A stretch of 64,000 nucleotides of DNA from Planctomycetota bacterium (lineage in GTDB: Bacteria > Planctomycetota > JACOTG01 > JAJDCM01), in contig JAJDCM010000367.1 in NCBI GenBank assembly GCA_029260825.1, forward strand, positions 8,456-72,455, written 5' to 3'. The notes under the pieces are model-generated. The model ran no database searches and was not told the origin of the DNA. It saw nothing but the letters and a program-made list of their open reading frames with translations. Below are positions 49,829-60,275 of the stretch, piece after piece; the first letter of the stretch is position 1, and each line of letters starts with the position of its first letter. The position numbers and the translations under genes are program-made.

Positions 49829-50774
49829 CTATTCCTCCCGAAGATACCCCAGCTCGCTCAACCGATCCCTGACCTCTTTGGAGAGCAGCACTTGATCAGC
49901 CTTTTCCTGGTGAAACCCCGTTCGCTTCACCAGCTGAGAGAAAAACTCGGCAGTTTCCCTCTCAGCTCTGGACAGATCCTGCAGCTCCCCCGGGTCCTTG
50001 CGTAGATCGTAGAGGTATTCGCGCCGGACATCCTCTTCACCGGTCAAATATCCAAACCCCGCCCAACGGATATACCTCCAGGAGTCGCTGCGTACCGAGG
50101 TTTCGTCGACACCTGCCGGAAGGTCTCTTCGGCTAATCGCCATCAGCCTCTCCTCGAACTCACCGGAGTGAATAAGAGGCAAGAGCGAAACACCCTCCAC
50201 ATTCTCAGGAATGACAATGTCGACCATTTCCAGCAGTGTCGGCATGATATCCAGGCCCCGGACTTGCCGTCCGATCCGCTTTCCCCGAAGCGATTCGCCA
50301 GGAGGCTTGATCAACAAGGGGACACGAAGTAACTCGTCGTGCAGAGTGTCTGCGTGCCTGCCAATAGCCCCGTGCTCGTTGAACTCCTCGCCGTGATCCG
50401 ACGTGAACACGATCACGGTGTCCTGATAGACGTTCTTTTCACGCAAGTAGGAAATCAACGCTCCGAAGGCTTCGTCCATTCCTCGCACTTCGGCGTCGTA
50501 GGAGCGAACGATATGAGCGAGATCTCCTGGTCCTAAGTCAATCTTTGGCTGGACGATGCCGTTGAGCCGATCTAGATACTCCACCGAAATATTCAGAGGC
50601 AATGACCAGATGGTCGTATCGGAGCGTATCGATTGAAATCAGAATGACATTGGGTCGAAAACTGAATTGACACTCAGTCCTGGCCAGGATGATGACCCCG
50701 CCCCCGAGGAAAGCACCGAAGATCAAAATAGCAGCGACTATCTTACTCCGACCTTCAGGTGGTTCCACCTTCAC
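49829..50774 (-). pseudogene. Sulfatase with a large internal deletion
   Basis: RPNVILISIDTLRYDHL is joined out of frame, near 50605, to the C-terminal half (YDAEV, TSDHGEEF, LRVPL); no CxPxR motif. Confidence 0.8.
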
Positions 50775-50956
50775 GGGAATTTCCTTCGCTCGTTTCCACA
50801 GGCAAGAAAACTGGCAATGTCATCATGGATCCTCCTCCGCGAACGAGGAGTCCCACAAGCCAAAACACTTTCGGATATTATCGCTCCCTCCTTCCAACGC
50901 GAATCCTCAAGAGCGGTGGCTCAAACCTGCGGATGGGAACGGTGTGATCCATATTG

Positions 50957-51358
50957 CTAGAACGGCCAGAGTTTGTACTCCGCAAGGCTTGAGTAGTCCG
51001 CAGCGTCGATGCTTGTGACAACATCGCTCTGGTCGAGAACGATGATCCAGCCATTCGTCCCGACCTGACTGTGACCGATAGCCAGGAGGGGAAAGGGGCT
51101 GAAACCGACCGTCACGCCGACCCCCATTCCTTTCTGAATCCGCTGGGTATAGACCAGGACCTCGAAGTCTCCAGATGTGTGAAAAACGTCAACGGGGACA
51201 CCGAGCTGATCGTAGATTTGCGCCTTCGTTGTCACCCCAGGGAGGATCGCACTCGTGTCGTCCGGACGAACTCCGATGCGCGCCTGAGTGCAGCTCGTGA
51301 GCCCGAGGAGCACAAGAAAGGCGAGGGCAAAAATGAGTCGGATCGGTTGAACGTTCAT
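50957..51358 (-). CDS. Lipoprotein, SmpA/OmlA(BamE)-like
   Basis: LTSC lipobox; ILPGVTTKAQIYDQLGVP. Confidence 0.7.
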   Translation of the reverse strand: MNVQPIRLIFALAFLVLLGLTSCTQARIGVRPDDTSAILPGVTTKAQIYDQLGVPVDVFHTSGDFEVLVYTQRIQKGMGVGVTVGFSPFPLLAIGHSQVGTNGWIIVLDQSDVVTSIDAADYSSLAEYKLWPF

Positions 51359-51792
51359 ACTTTGGGTTTCTCCGAGCTCAGCTTGTTCGATGAGGGAGCG
51401 CGGTCGGCCGTGTCCTCAAACGGTGGCCGTACGACGTCTCGTCTGCTCCTGGTCACGTACGTGACCCTTCCGTTGAGATCGCACTCGATCAAGAGTTCAT
51501 CGACTTCCACCGATTCCTCCCAACCGAAAGGGAGCCAGAGAAAGTACCGAGCAATGAACCCGGTCGTGCGGACATCCGTTGCGCTGTACTTGAAGGAACG
51601 GGTGTCTTTGATGGGAATGTCTGGAGCACCGAGCTTTCGAAGGACCTCCCGGAAATGTGTCTTTCCGACCTCGATAAACGATGTGTCCAGGTTTCGAGCG
51701 CCGTCGTTGATCACCGTGCGAGAGAAAAAACAACCGGAGGCCGAGAAGGACAAGGCAATTGCCAGGAACATTATCAGGATTGATCGCTGCAT
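51355..51792 (-). CDS. Lipoprotein, SmpA/OmlA(BamE)-like
   Basis: ASGC lipobox; IEVGKTHFREVLRKLGAP. Confidence 0.7.
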   Translation of the reverse strand: MQRSILIMFLAIALSFSASGCFFSRTVINDGARNLDTSFIEVGKTHFREVLRKLGAPDIPIKDTRSFKYSATDVRTTGFIARYFLWLPFGWEESVEVDELLIECDLNGRVTYVTRSRRDVVRPPFEDTADRAPSSNKLSSEKPKV

Positions 51793-51793
51793 G

Positions 51794-52189
51794 TCAGACT
51801 CCAAATGGCCAGTAGTCCCATGTGAGCTCCTTGGAGTTCTCGCTCACGCTCACTTGCTGGACGACTCCGTCCTTGTTCACAATAATCAGCGCCGAGTCGA
51901 CTCCGACATTCGTCCTGCTGAAATTCACGATGAGGAGATTCAAGGAGTTCTTCTTCGAGTCTCCGAACGTATAGAGCAAGACCTGCCCTCCGTCCGAGGT
52001 GGGAATGATGTTGTTGGGAGGACCGCCGACCAATTTGGGTACATCGGCAATCTTCGTCTTGCCAACCACGATTCCCTCGACCCTGTCGTGAAAATCGGAA
52101 ATATTTGTCCGTGATCGATTCCATGCACATCCCCCGGAGAACAAGGTCCCCAGGAAACAGGCCAACAGGACAATTTTCGTGCCGCGCAT
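51794..52189 (-). CDS. Lipoprotein, SmpA/OmlA(BamE)-like
   Basis: SGGC lipobox; IVVGKTKIADVPKLVGGPP; GAGGAG RBS. Confidence 0.7.
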   Translation of the reverse strand: MRGTKIVLLACFLGTLFSGGCAWNRSRTNISDFHDRVEGIVVGKTKIADVPKLVGGPPNNIIPTSDGGQVLLYTFGDSKKNSLNLLIVNFSRTNVGVDSALIIVNKDGVVQQVSVSENSKELTWDYWPFGV

Positions 52190-52433
52190 ATGCTCTCCTC
52201 TTTCTCTTATATTTGTCTGAACCGAATGCCAGCTTCCGACCGCCGAGACGCTTGATCTCCTGGCCGTTACCCGAGCATCCGCCAAGCTCAGGCACCGCAA
52301 GTCTATCAATCCTCCGCTGATAGTCCGGTAATAAAGCGATTTTTGGCGATGCAGAGCCGGGGTGAAAGGACTGTCCTCCGTGAAGCTTCGTTTCTCGAAT
52401 CCCGTCATCGCTCGGCAAACACATGACCCTCTG

Positions 52434-55400
52434 TCACCGGTTGCAAGCTCCATTCTGCTCGGCGAGCTTCCGGGTCTGTTGGCACAACTGCCAGCAGTCG
52501 TCATCCCTGGAGAGAAAGCGCTCGGCTTCGTCAAGAGCATCCAGGGCTTCATCGGCTCTCCCCAGATCAACAAAACCCATCGCCAAAAAGACAAGGGCAC
52601 CAGGTCGAATCTCTTCGACCCCTTTTGCTTCGGAACGAACAAGATCCTCAAGACACATCACACCGTCCAACGAGTCTCCGCACCGAATCCTCGCGGCCCC
52701 CAAATTCCGGAGATAGAGCGGAACTTCCGTATCAAGTCCAAGCGCGATGATCGAAGCATCTCTGGATCTAGACCAGGCGTCGCTCCCGGAACCGGAGTCC
52801 AAGAGGGTTCTCCAGGTGCGCCATGCAAGTCGACGCGGGTCATTTCCCTCGGCCCGAATGACCTGCTTCATGGCCCGGCGCTCGTCGTCACCCCGGAAAG
52901 AGACTCCGGATATGAATTCCAGTCGCTCTCCCACATTCATGTCACTCGAATTCGTTTGATCGAGTCGAGCCGCCACCTCTTCCCGAAGGATTCTCTGCTG
53001 CTTCCGGACCGATTTCTCTTCCACGGAGCGCCCCTGCTCCCAAAGCCTCACCGTTCGATCTTTCGATGCCGACGCCAGAGTTGCTCCTGAAGGACTGAAG
53101 GACACCGAATTGACCCACCAGCTATGACCGAGAAGGCGGGCAACCACCTTCATGGACTCCACGTCCCAGATCAGGATGCTTCGGTCCCTTGCACCCGAAG
53201 CTAGCCGGCTGCCATCCGGTGTAAAGCTAAGGGAGGTGACCCCGCGCGAATGGGCCTTCTCACGACGAAGTGGAACCAGCCCCATCCCCCGGATTTCCCA
53301 GATCTGGATCGATCCGCCGGTGCTCCCTCCGAACAGACGAGATCCATCCGGCGAAAAACAAAGGGACAGGATCGAATCTTCGGCACCGAGACTCGAACTC
53401 ATCGCTGACCAGCTCGAAGTCTGCCACAGCTTCACTTCCCCGTCCGTCGATGCTGAGACAAGCCATCCTTCGTCTGGAGAAAAAACGAGGTCCGTGATGC
53501 CACTCCCATTTCCTTCGAGAACTCGAAGGATGCTCATGGCATCCGGATCCCAGATCAAGATGGTTCCGTCGCTTGATCCCGACGCCAACCATCGGCCGGA
53601 AAGTGAGTAAACGACCGAATCAACCCAGCCCGTGACCTCCGCGCACCGGGTGACGGCACCGGTGGAAAGATCTACAAAGCATACTGCGGGGGACCGGGTC
53701 CCGACGGCAAGCTGGTTTCCCCCGGGGTTAAACGCGACGTCGTGGACATGATGCCTGGCATAGTAAGTACCGATATCGATGGCCGATTCGGCATCCCACA
53801 CCTTGATGACATAGTCCCAGCCTGCGGAAGCAAGCCGCCTTCCTTCAAGATCCCAGGCGACGGCCTGAACATAGACCGGGTGCCCCCTCAGAACCTCCAC
53901 GTCGGAAGAAACCGAATCGCTCCAGAACTTCACGGCTCCCTCGAATCCACCCGAAACAAATATCTTGCCCTTCGGTGATACCGCAAGAGCTGTAATAGGT
54001 TTCTCATGACCTCGAACAATCGACTCAACTTTCTCGGTCTTCGTGTCCCACCACCTCAAACTCCGATCTTCGCCGGCCAGAAGGACCTTGTTGGGAGATG
54101 AGGGATGGGAAAGACCAAAGGCGATCCTGTCCGTATCAGAGCCATAGTGGCTCTCGACCCGATCTTCGCGTCCAAACGTCTGAACTCCATGACTGATGGA
54201 CACGATACTCTCATCGCTTCTGTCGTAGAAAGCCCTGACCTTCCCAGGAAACCGATCCAAACGTCGAACAAGCCGTCCGGTTTCCGCATTCCACTCACAC
54301 ACACCGGACGCGCTCGTGAGAATCCGATCGCCTCCATGATTGTAGGTCAAGCTGATGACATCGGCCCGATCAGCCGCGATCACAAGAATCTCTCGCCCCG
54401 AAACAACGTCGATGACGCGAACTTCCGGTCCGACCGCAATTGCTAGGGAATGCCTTTCCGGATGAAGCGCAATGTCAGGGACCGATCCCCTCTTCGACCG
54501 GAAGAGTTCGCCGACTTCCCCCCCGGTCTTCAGGCTCCACTTTTTGACCGACCCGTCCTCTGATCCGGAAATCAGCACTTGCTTTGAAAGAAATTTCACT
54601 GCATGCACAAGACCCTCATGCCCCTCGAAAGAATGGACCAGGGTTCGCTTTTCCGTATCCCAGACCTCGATCATGTTTCCGTAGGCGACGGCCAGAAGTT
54701 CTCCATCCGGGCCAAAGGAAAGAGATCGAATCCAGCTCCCGAACTCGAGGGTGCAATCACTCTGATCAAGCCTCCCGTAGAAGTGATGCCACTCCCAGTT
54801 CCGGAGAGAAGCCGGTGCCGCCTCGAGCTGCCGCCGTGCTTCCGGCACATCATTGATCCTTAGCGCCGCCTCCGCCGCGCTCATGCTGGCGATATAGCTC
54901 TGAAGCAGAGCCTCTTTCCGCTCGGAGGCAATTGCCCTCTTTGCCCGATTCTCCTGAACCATCAAGGCGGACGGAGTCACCACGACAAAAACAAGGATCA
55001 CCAGAGACGCCGCTGCAATGAAGCGATTTCTTCTGACCCACTTCTGGAGATCAACCAGTGGCCCGATACGATGAGCAGCAACGGCTCGCCCATCAAGATG
55101 GGCTTCGAGATCTTCCGCCATGTCCAGCGCACTCGAATATCGCTTCTTGGGATCGCGCGTCATGGCCTTGCTGCAGATGGCCACGAGCTCGGGATGAGCA
55201 TCGGGATTGATGCGATCGACGGCAACCGGTTCACCCCGATTGATCTTCTCCACGATGTCTTGCTGTTGCCCACCACGCTTCACATCTTCGTACGGCCTTT
55301 GATCCGCGAGAAAAGAATAGAGAATCGCACCAAGAGCATAGATATCCGAAAAGGGCCCGACCGCCAGCGGGTCACCGGAAGCCTGCTCGGGCGACATATA

Positions 55401-56339
55401 ATAAGGAGTACCGAGAACCGCACCAGCAACGGTCATCAAGGGAGAATCCGGAGTGGTCTCGAGCTCATCACGACGATCTGTCCGGATAACATCCAAGTCT
55501 TCAGAGTCGGGTCGACTCTCTTCATCGTCCTTGCAGCGGCCGTTTTCAGCCAGCAATTTAGCGAGCCCCCAGTCCAGGACATAGGCCTCGCCGAACTGGC
55601 CCACCATCACATTCGAGGGCTTGAGATCCCGATGAACGACTCCCTTGGAATGAGCATAGGCAATGGTCTGGCAGATCTTCACAAGAACTCCAAGTGCCCT
55701 CTGCTGATTCCATCCTTTGTTACCCGCTCGAGCAAGGCGGAAGATCTCTCCCAGCTCCTCACCTCCAACCTTCTTCATGGTGAAGAAAACGTGGCCCTCA
55801 GCGTCGACTCCCAGGTCGTGGATCGGGACCACGCCCGGATGATCGAGTTGCCCTGTGATTTGCGCCTCCTCGAGAAAACGAGAGAGCGCCCGGCGTGTCC
55901 GGGAGGTTGCTGCAGGCCCGGATTGGGGGCTCCGGCTGGCACCGGCCACTTTCATGGCCAGTCTTCGCTTGAGGTCGAGATCTTCGACCTCAAGGACGAT
56001 ACCCATCCCTCCACGACCCAGATTGCCGACGATACGATAGCGAGAATCATCATCACCCTTGGCGATGGCTCGCTCAACCAGGCGGTCAAGACGAGCGTCG
56101 GTGGATTCCGAGCCATCGGAAGAACTCGGACGTTCTCGATCGGCGGCGATTCCACAAACCTGCTCCAGCCACACCCAATCCTTGAAGAGAGACTCGACTT
56201 CGGATGCTTCGAGGGGATGCTTCTTACGGAGGATCTCCCAGTCCTCCTGACTCGGGTCTGGTGAAGCTTCCAGAAACTCCAGAAAGACCCGTTCCGTGGA
56301 CGGTGAGATCGACGACGGCCCTGTATTTTCCTTTTTCAT
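52434..56339 (-). CDS. Ser/Thr kinase with WD40 repeats
   Basis: [27 protein letters not shown]; TM helix; many GH...WD repeats. Confidence 0.93.
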   Translation of the reverse strand: MKKENTGPSSISPSTERVFLEFLEASPDPSQEDWEILRKKHPLEASEVESLFKDWVWLEQVCGIAADRERPSSSDGSESTDARLDRLVERAIAKGDDDSRYRIVGNLGRGGMGIVLEVEDLDLKRRLAMKVAGASRSPQSGPAATSRTRRALSRFLEEAQITGQLDHPGVVPIHDLGVDAEGHVFFTMKKVGGEELGEIFRLARAGNKGWNQQRALGVLVKICQTIAYAHSKGVVHRDLKPSNVMVGQFGEAYVLDWGLAKLLAENGRCKDDEESRPDSEDLDVIRTDRRDELETTPDSPLMTVAGAVLGTPYYMSPEQASGDPLAVGPFSDIYALGAILYSFLADQRPYEDVKRGGQQQDIVEKINRGEPVAVDRINPDAHPELVAICSKAMTRDPKKRYSSALDMAEDLEAHLDGRAVAAHRIGPLVDLQKWVRRNRFIAAASLVILVFVVVTPSALMVQENRAKRAIASERKEALLQSYIASMSAAEAALRINDVPEARRQLEAAPASLRNWEWHHFYGRLDQSDCTLEFGSWIRSLSFGPDGELLAVAYGNMIEVWDTEKRTLVHSFEGHEGLVHAVKFLSKQVLISGSEDGSVKKWSLKTGGEVGELFRSKRGSVPDIALHPERHSLAIAVGPEVRVIDVVSGREILVIAADRADVISLTYNHGGDRILTSASGVCEWNAETGRLVRRLDRFPGKVRAFYDRSDESIVSISHGVQTFGREDRVESHYGSDTDRIAFGLSHPSSPNKVLLAGEDRSLRWWDTKTEKVESIVRGHEKPITALAVSPKGKIFVSGGFEGAVKFWSDSVSSDVEVLRGHPVYVQAVAWDLEGRRLASAGWDYVIKVWDAESAIDIGTYYARHHVHDVAFNPGGNQLAVGTRSPAVCFVDLSTGAVTRCAEVTGWVDSVVYSLSGRWLASGSSDGTILIWDPDAMSILRVLEGNGSGITDLVFSPDEGWLVSASTDGEVKLWQTSSWSAMSSSLGAEDSILSLCFSPDGSRLFGGSTGGSIQIWEIRGMGLVPLRREKAHSRGVTSLSFTPDGSRLASGARDRSILIWDVESMKVVARLLGHSWWVNSVSFSPSGATLASASKDRTVRLWEQGRSVEEKSVRKQQRILREEVAARLDQTNSSDMNVGERLEFISGVSFRGDDERRAMKQVIRAEGNDPRRLAWRTWRTLLDSGSGSDAWSRSRDASIIALGLDTEVPLYLRNLGAARIRCGDSLDGVMCLEDLVRSEAKGVEEIRPGALVFLAMGFVDLGRADEALDALDEAERFLSRDDDCWQLCQQTRKLAEQNGACNR

Positions 56340-56655
56340 GCCCGCTATCCGGCCCTACCTTTCCCGTTCGATAATCAGTAGCATAAGGCGGACAAAGGAG
56401 TTCCGCAAGGTACCTGAAACCTCCGCAGACAAGCTTTTCAAAAAAAACTCAGGAAAGTTGTCCCAAAAGCCCCCATTGCATCCGCTAGATGTGTGGAGGA
56501 AGTTGTCTGAACGGGTTTCGAAGCCCACTTTGTTGAGGCGACGGGGCACCGGGTGCTTCTGATCCCACCATATTGGATAAGGAATATTGCTAAGACGGGC
56601 TTCCAACCCGGCGTGGACCGAAACCGTTCGATGAACCACTTCGAGAGAATCTGAT

Positions 56656-57252
56656 TTGGCTTCTACTGGGCCCGACAATCCGGACGACAACAAGCAAACC
56701 TTGATCCGCCAAGCACGCGACGGGGATGAGCAGGCACGGAGCGAACTCTTCAAACTCTGTTCCCCCACTCTCGAAATCTATCTGCGAAAGAGAATGGGAC
56801 CGAGCCTACGCCGATTCGCCTCCTTATCTGACGTTTGCATGGAGACTTTCGGGCGCCTCTTTCGGTCCCTTCATGTACTCCCGGAGGAAGCCTCGCTTGA
56901 CGATGTACAGGGGATCTTGTTTCGCAACGCCAACTGGACCCTCGCCGACCAGGGACGCAAGGCAGCGAAGTTCCGTGGAGAGTCTGCGGGAGGCGCTACA
57001 GGCATCGAGGATCAGCCAATCGGGGAACTCGATGCCGGAACAGTTACTCGAGACGACGAAATGGATTGGATTCGACTTCAGATCCACAGATTGAGTGAGA
57101 ATCAAGCCCAGGTTGTCGAGAGAAGACTTGGGGGCATGAGCTTTGAGGCAATTGCGGAAAACCTGGGCATTGCAAAGGACACGTGTCGAAAACGCTATCT
57201 CCGAGCGTCGCTTCGGCTGAAGAAACTGATCGGATCGGAATCCGACGCCTGA
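56656..57252 (+). CDS. ECF sigma factor
   Basis: LIRQARDGDEQARSELF region 2; LSENQAQVV...MSFEAIAENLGI region 4; divergent from the WD40 kinase. Confidence 0.85.
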   Translation: MASTGPDNPDDNKQTLIRQARDGDEQARSELFKLCSPTLEIYLRKRMGPSLRRFASLSDVCMETFGRLFRSLHVLPEEASLDDVQGILFRNANWTLADQGRKAAKFRGESAGGATGIEDQPIGELDAGTVTRDDEMDWIRLQIHRLSENQAQVVERRLGGMSFEAIAENLGIAKDTCRKRYLRASLRLKKLIGSESDA

Positions 57253-57256
57253 CCCT

Positions 57257-57982
57257 CTACTGGTGAGCCTCCCAAAGGAAGGTGACGTCACTGGCGTTCC
57301 CATCCCACTCCAGAGTGAATCCATCCGGATCAAAGCTCACCAGAGTGGCGCTCTTTCGGGTAAGACTGATGCTGTCGGCAACCGTAACGATCGCCACAAT
57401 CCGGTCACTGAACTCGTGAGGTCGACCGATGTTCGGATTGCCGCTCCAGTGCCCGACCGCATGCTGGTTCTTGACAGAAGTGGCGATGCCAATACTGCTG
57501 GAGACAATTGGCGGGCTCGCGACTCCGATATTGAAGAGTACAGTAATTTTTACCATCGCCGGCTCGAAGCCCACCCCCGTGATGCTCTGGACGAACGGAC
57601 CTTGGGATGGTCCGGTAGCCACACCTGCATCGTGCAGCGGGGTTGCCCCCAAACCTGTGGCGACCAAAAGAGCACCTGTTACTCCCTGGGTGCCGATCGT
57701 CACCCGCACCGAACTCGTACGCGGGAACGGACGATTGACGGTGGCCGACTCTCCTGGCGCCAGGTCGAGATCCAGTAGCACGGTACCTGTTTGGTCGGGT
57801 TGATCAAATGCCTCGATGTGCGCCGAACAGTCTCCCGCATTGACCACCCGAAAGGCGAGGGTCACCGATCGGTTGAAAGTCCGGGTGATACCACAACCGA
57901 AGCTGAACTGAGCCGCACGGGCCGAGCCGACGGCAAGAAGAGGAAGAAAAACGGCCAGAATGGACAACTTACTCATACGCAT
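57257..57982 (-). CDS. Secreted protein: N-terminal domain shared with 18868-20007, possible phage-tail-like C-terminus
   Basis: Signal peptide (ARA); CG...FRVVNAGDC...AFDQPD..GT...PGE; QSITGVGFEP...ATLVSFDPDGFTLEW. Confidence 0.75.
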   Translation of the reverse strand: MRMSKLSILAVFLPLLAVGSARAAQFSFGCGITRTFNRSVTLAFRVVNAGDCSAHIEAFDQPDQTGTVLLDLDLAPGESATVNRPFPRTSSVRVTIGTQGVTGALLVATGLGATPLHDAGVATGPSQGPFVQSITGVGFEPAMVKITVLFNIGVASPPIVSSSIGIATSVKNQHAVGHWSGNPNIGRPHEFSDRIVAIVTVADSISLTRKSATLVSFDPDGFTLEWDGNASDVTFLWEAHQ

Positions 57983-58317
57983 CTTCAAGATCCTTTTTCG
58001 TTGGGTATTCCGTCGGATTCTCTTCCGACCCGGCACAAACCCCGATCGTACCCAGAATAGGGCAGTTGCGGGGAAACAAAAACGATCATTCAGGAGCCCG
58101 AATTGAGGAGACTTCGCACCGAGTGACCGTACCAACCCTCTTCGGTTCGGAGAAATGATCCCGGCCGCGATCTCAGGACCGGAGACCCTCTCCGATCAAG
58201 GGCTGCATCCGGGCCCCCCACACAAAAATGCTAGAAAGGAATCGGAGCCGGGTGTAGCCTTGGATACACCACTGTCATCACGGAGAATAGACAGCCTGCA
58301 TCGAAACTCACGACGCC

Positions 58318-59448
58318 ATGAAAATGTCACACAAAGAAAGCCGTGTCGCCTACGACCCCGAAACGGGAGTGGTCAGAACTCCGCCACAACACATCTTCCT
58401 TGAGCTGAGTTCCCGATGCAATCTGGTGTGTGTGCATTGCTCCAAGGACTATGGATCTCCCGGGGGGCACCCATCTTTGGACATGGACATCGCTCTTGTT
58501 CGGCATCTTTGTCCCTGGCTCCATCAAGCCCACTTTGTCAATCTCAACATGGTGGGAGAACCACTCCTTCACCCGGAGTTTTCCAAAATCCTCAAGCTTG
58601 CCAGTCCCAAGGTTGCCTCGAGCCATCGACCCAATCTCTCCTTCAACACCAACGGCGTACTGCTGAATCCGGAAGTCGACCGGCTCATCGTCGAGCAACG
58701 AGTATCTCACGTCGTGATATCGCTGGACGGAATAGAATCCAACGAGGCGATTCGTGGAGTACCTTATGAACTCCTCAAGAAACGGATTGCCGAGCTCGCT
58801 CACATCCGACGCGAATCAGGGTCGGACCATCCAAAAATCGGTATTGCCTACACTCTGATGCGACGAAACCTCCACGAGCTCCCTCGAGTCATGGCAGATC
58901 TTTGTCCCTCGGGAGACATCGATGAAGTTCATGTTCAACCGTTGATCGTTTTCTATGAAGGACTGGTCGGGGAGAACGCATACCGCCAACCTGAGGTTCA
59001 ATCAGTTCTGTCGCATTGTCAGACGACTGCGAGAAAGTTCGGGACATCACTCCGTGTTTTTCGTTCGACTTTCACCCAGGACGAACGTTACTCCAGCTCC
59101 GAGGATGATCCCGTCTTGCTGGGGCAGACATCTGTTCAATACGGCTGTATCGACCCCTTCTACGAGATCAAGATCCGCTCAACCGGCGACATCATGGCAT
59201 GCTCCAATGGACTCACTCCGGGGCTCAACGTGAAGGACCTGACCCTGGACGAAGCGTGGAACCACTCCTGGTATCGCGATCTTCGAAAAAACCTCGCAGC
59301 GAAATCCTTCAAGGCGGAATGCGAGCGGTGCAGCTTCATTTTCGGGGAAGCCAGCAATCAGGAAGCATCACTACGACCAGGCGTGCACAATTCGGCCGAG
59401 CCCAGGTTCATGACTTCACCTCGGGCGGTCAATGATCCGGCTCCTTGA
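58318..59448 (+). CDS. Radical SAM protein with SPASM/twitch domain
   Basis: CNLVCVHC, GEP, NTNG, ISLDG; C-terminal C...GDIMAC...CERC. Confidence 0.9.
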   Translation: MKMSHKESRVAYDPETGVVRTPPQHIFLELSSRCNLVCVHCSKDYGSPGGHPSLDMDIALVRHLCPWLHQAHFVNLNMVGEPLLHPEFSKILKLASPKVASSHRPNLSFNTNGVLLNPEVDRLIVEQRVSHVVISLDGIESNEAIRGVPYELLKKRIAELAHIRRESGSDHPKIGIAYTLMRRNLHELPRVMADLCPSGDIDEVHVQPLIVFYEGLVGENAYRQPEVQSVLSHCQTTARKFGTSLRVFRSTFTQDERYSSSEDDPVLLGQTSVQYGCIDPFYEIKIRSTGDIMACSNGLTPGLNVKDLTLDEAWNHSWYRDLRKNLAAKSFKAECERCSFIFGEASNQEASLRPGVHNSAEPRFMTSPRAVNDPAP

Positions 59449-59732
59449 AGAGTCTCCGTTACTCTCTGGCCTATGCACATAAACGTGCCACTCATCCGGG
59501 CCCGCCTCGACCGCGTAATGCTCAACCCCCATGTGCTTCCAAAGATCGTACAACACGAAGAGACATGAGCACCTCCTTGGGGTTCAATCTACTCTTCGTA
59601 GCATCGGGAAACTCGTCTCATTCTTTGACCTCTTGCCATGGCATAAAGAGAAATAGGGAAACTTTCCGCTCAAGACATCCGGGAGACGGCCTACAATCAA
59701 CAATGAAGTCCGTCCTGATCGAGGTAACACCA

Positions 59733-59945
59733 GTGATTCAAAGCATAGGAAACAATGCGTTTGAGGCTTACCAGTCCTCCATCAACCGTCACTCGGCGGC
59801 AGCCCAGCGCATCGCCGGCTCGGGCTCTCCGCAGCCTCAGGACATCGTCGATCTCAAGGCCAGCTCACTCGAAGCAAAAACAAGCCTCGCCCTCATCAAG
59901 GCTGAAAACGGGACCATCGGCTCCCTCCTCGATTTGCTCGCCTGA
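59733..59945 (+). CDS. Small protein resembling the flagellar rod/hook terminal helices
   Basis: GAGGT RBS + GTG; AAAQRIA...DIVDLK...IKAENGTIGSLLDLLA. Confidence 0.55.
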   Translation: MIQSIGNNAFEAYQSSINRHSAAAQRIAGSGSPQPQDIVDLKASSLEAKTSLALIKAENGTIGSLLDLLA

Positions 59946-59986
59946 TTGCGGGATTTCCGCTCTCCTCCATTTATCCCTCCACCAAG

Positions 59987-60180
59987 AGTTTTGACGAAGA
60001 CGGTCTTCCCGATGTTCTGGTTCCAAGTTATCTCGAGCATGGAGCAACCATCTTTCCCAACGCTTCTTGAATCCTCAACTATGCCTGGAAGGAAATGTGA
60101 ACGCATCCTTGGGGCCCACGACTGATGTCTTGCAGGTGAATGGTTGCTTCGTAAACCCAACTCGAACCCAACGCTCTTCT
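59987..60180 (+). pseudogene. Remnant of an FG-GAP protein carrying the start of the shared C-terminal domain
   Basis: SFDEDGLPDVLVPSY...TIFPN, then a frameshift to CLEGNVNASLGPTTDVLQVNG. Confidence 0.7.
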
Positions 60181-60275
60181 CATGAATCCCGCTGGTGTTG
60201 TGAGTCAGAAGTTGTGTGGATCAGTTTCGAGGGCAATGGCCCGAAACTTATGTGCAGAGCTTTCGACTCACGCCA

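Noticed and set aside
58318-59448. RiPP cluster around the radical SAM/SPASM gene
   Set aside because: No credible precursor peptide, RRE protein or transporter is adjacent.
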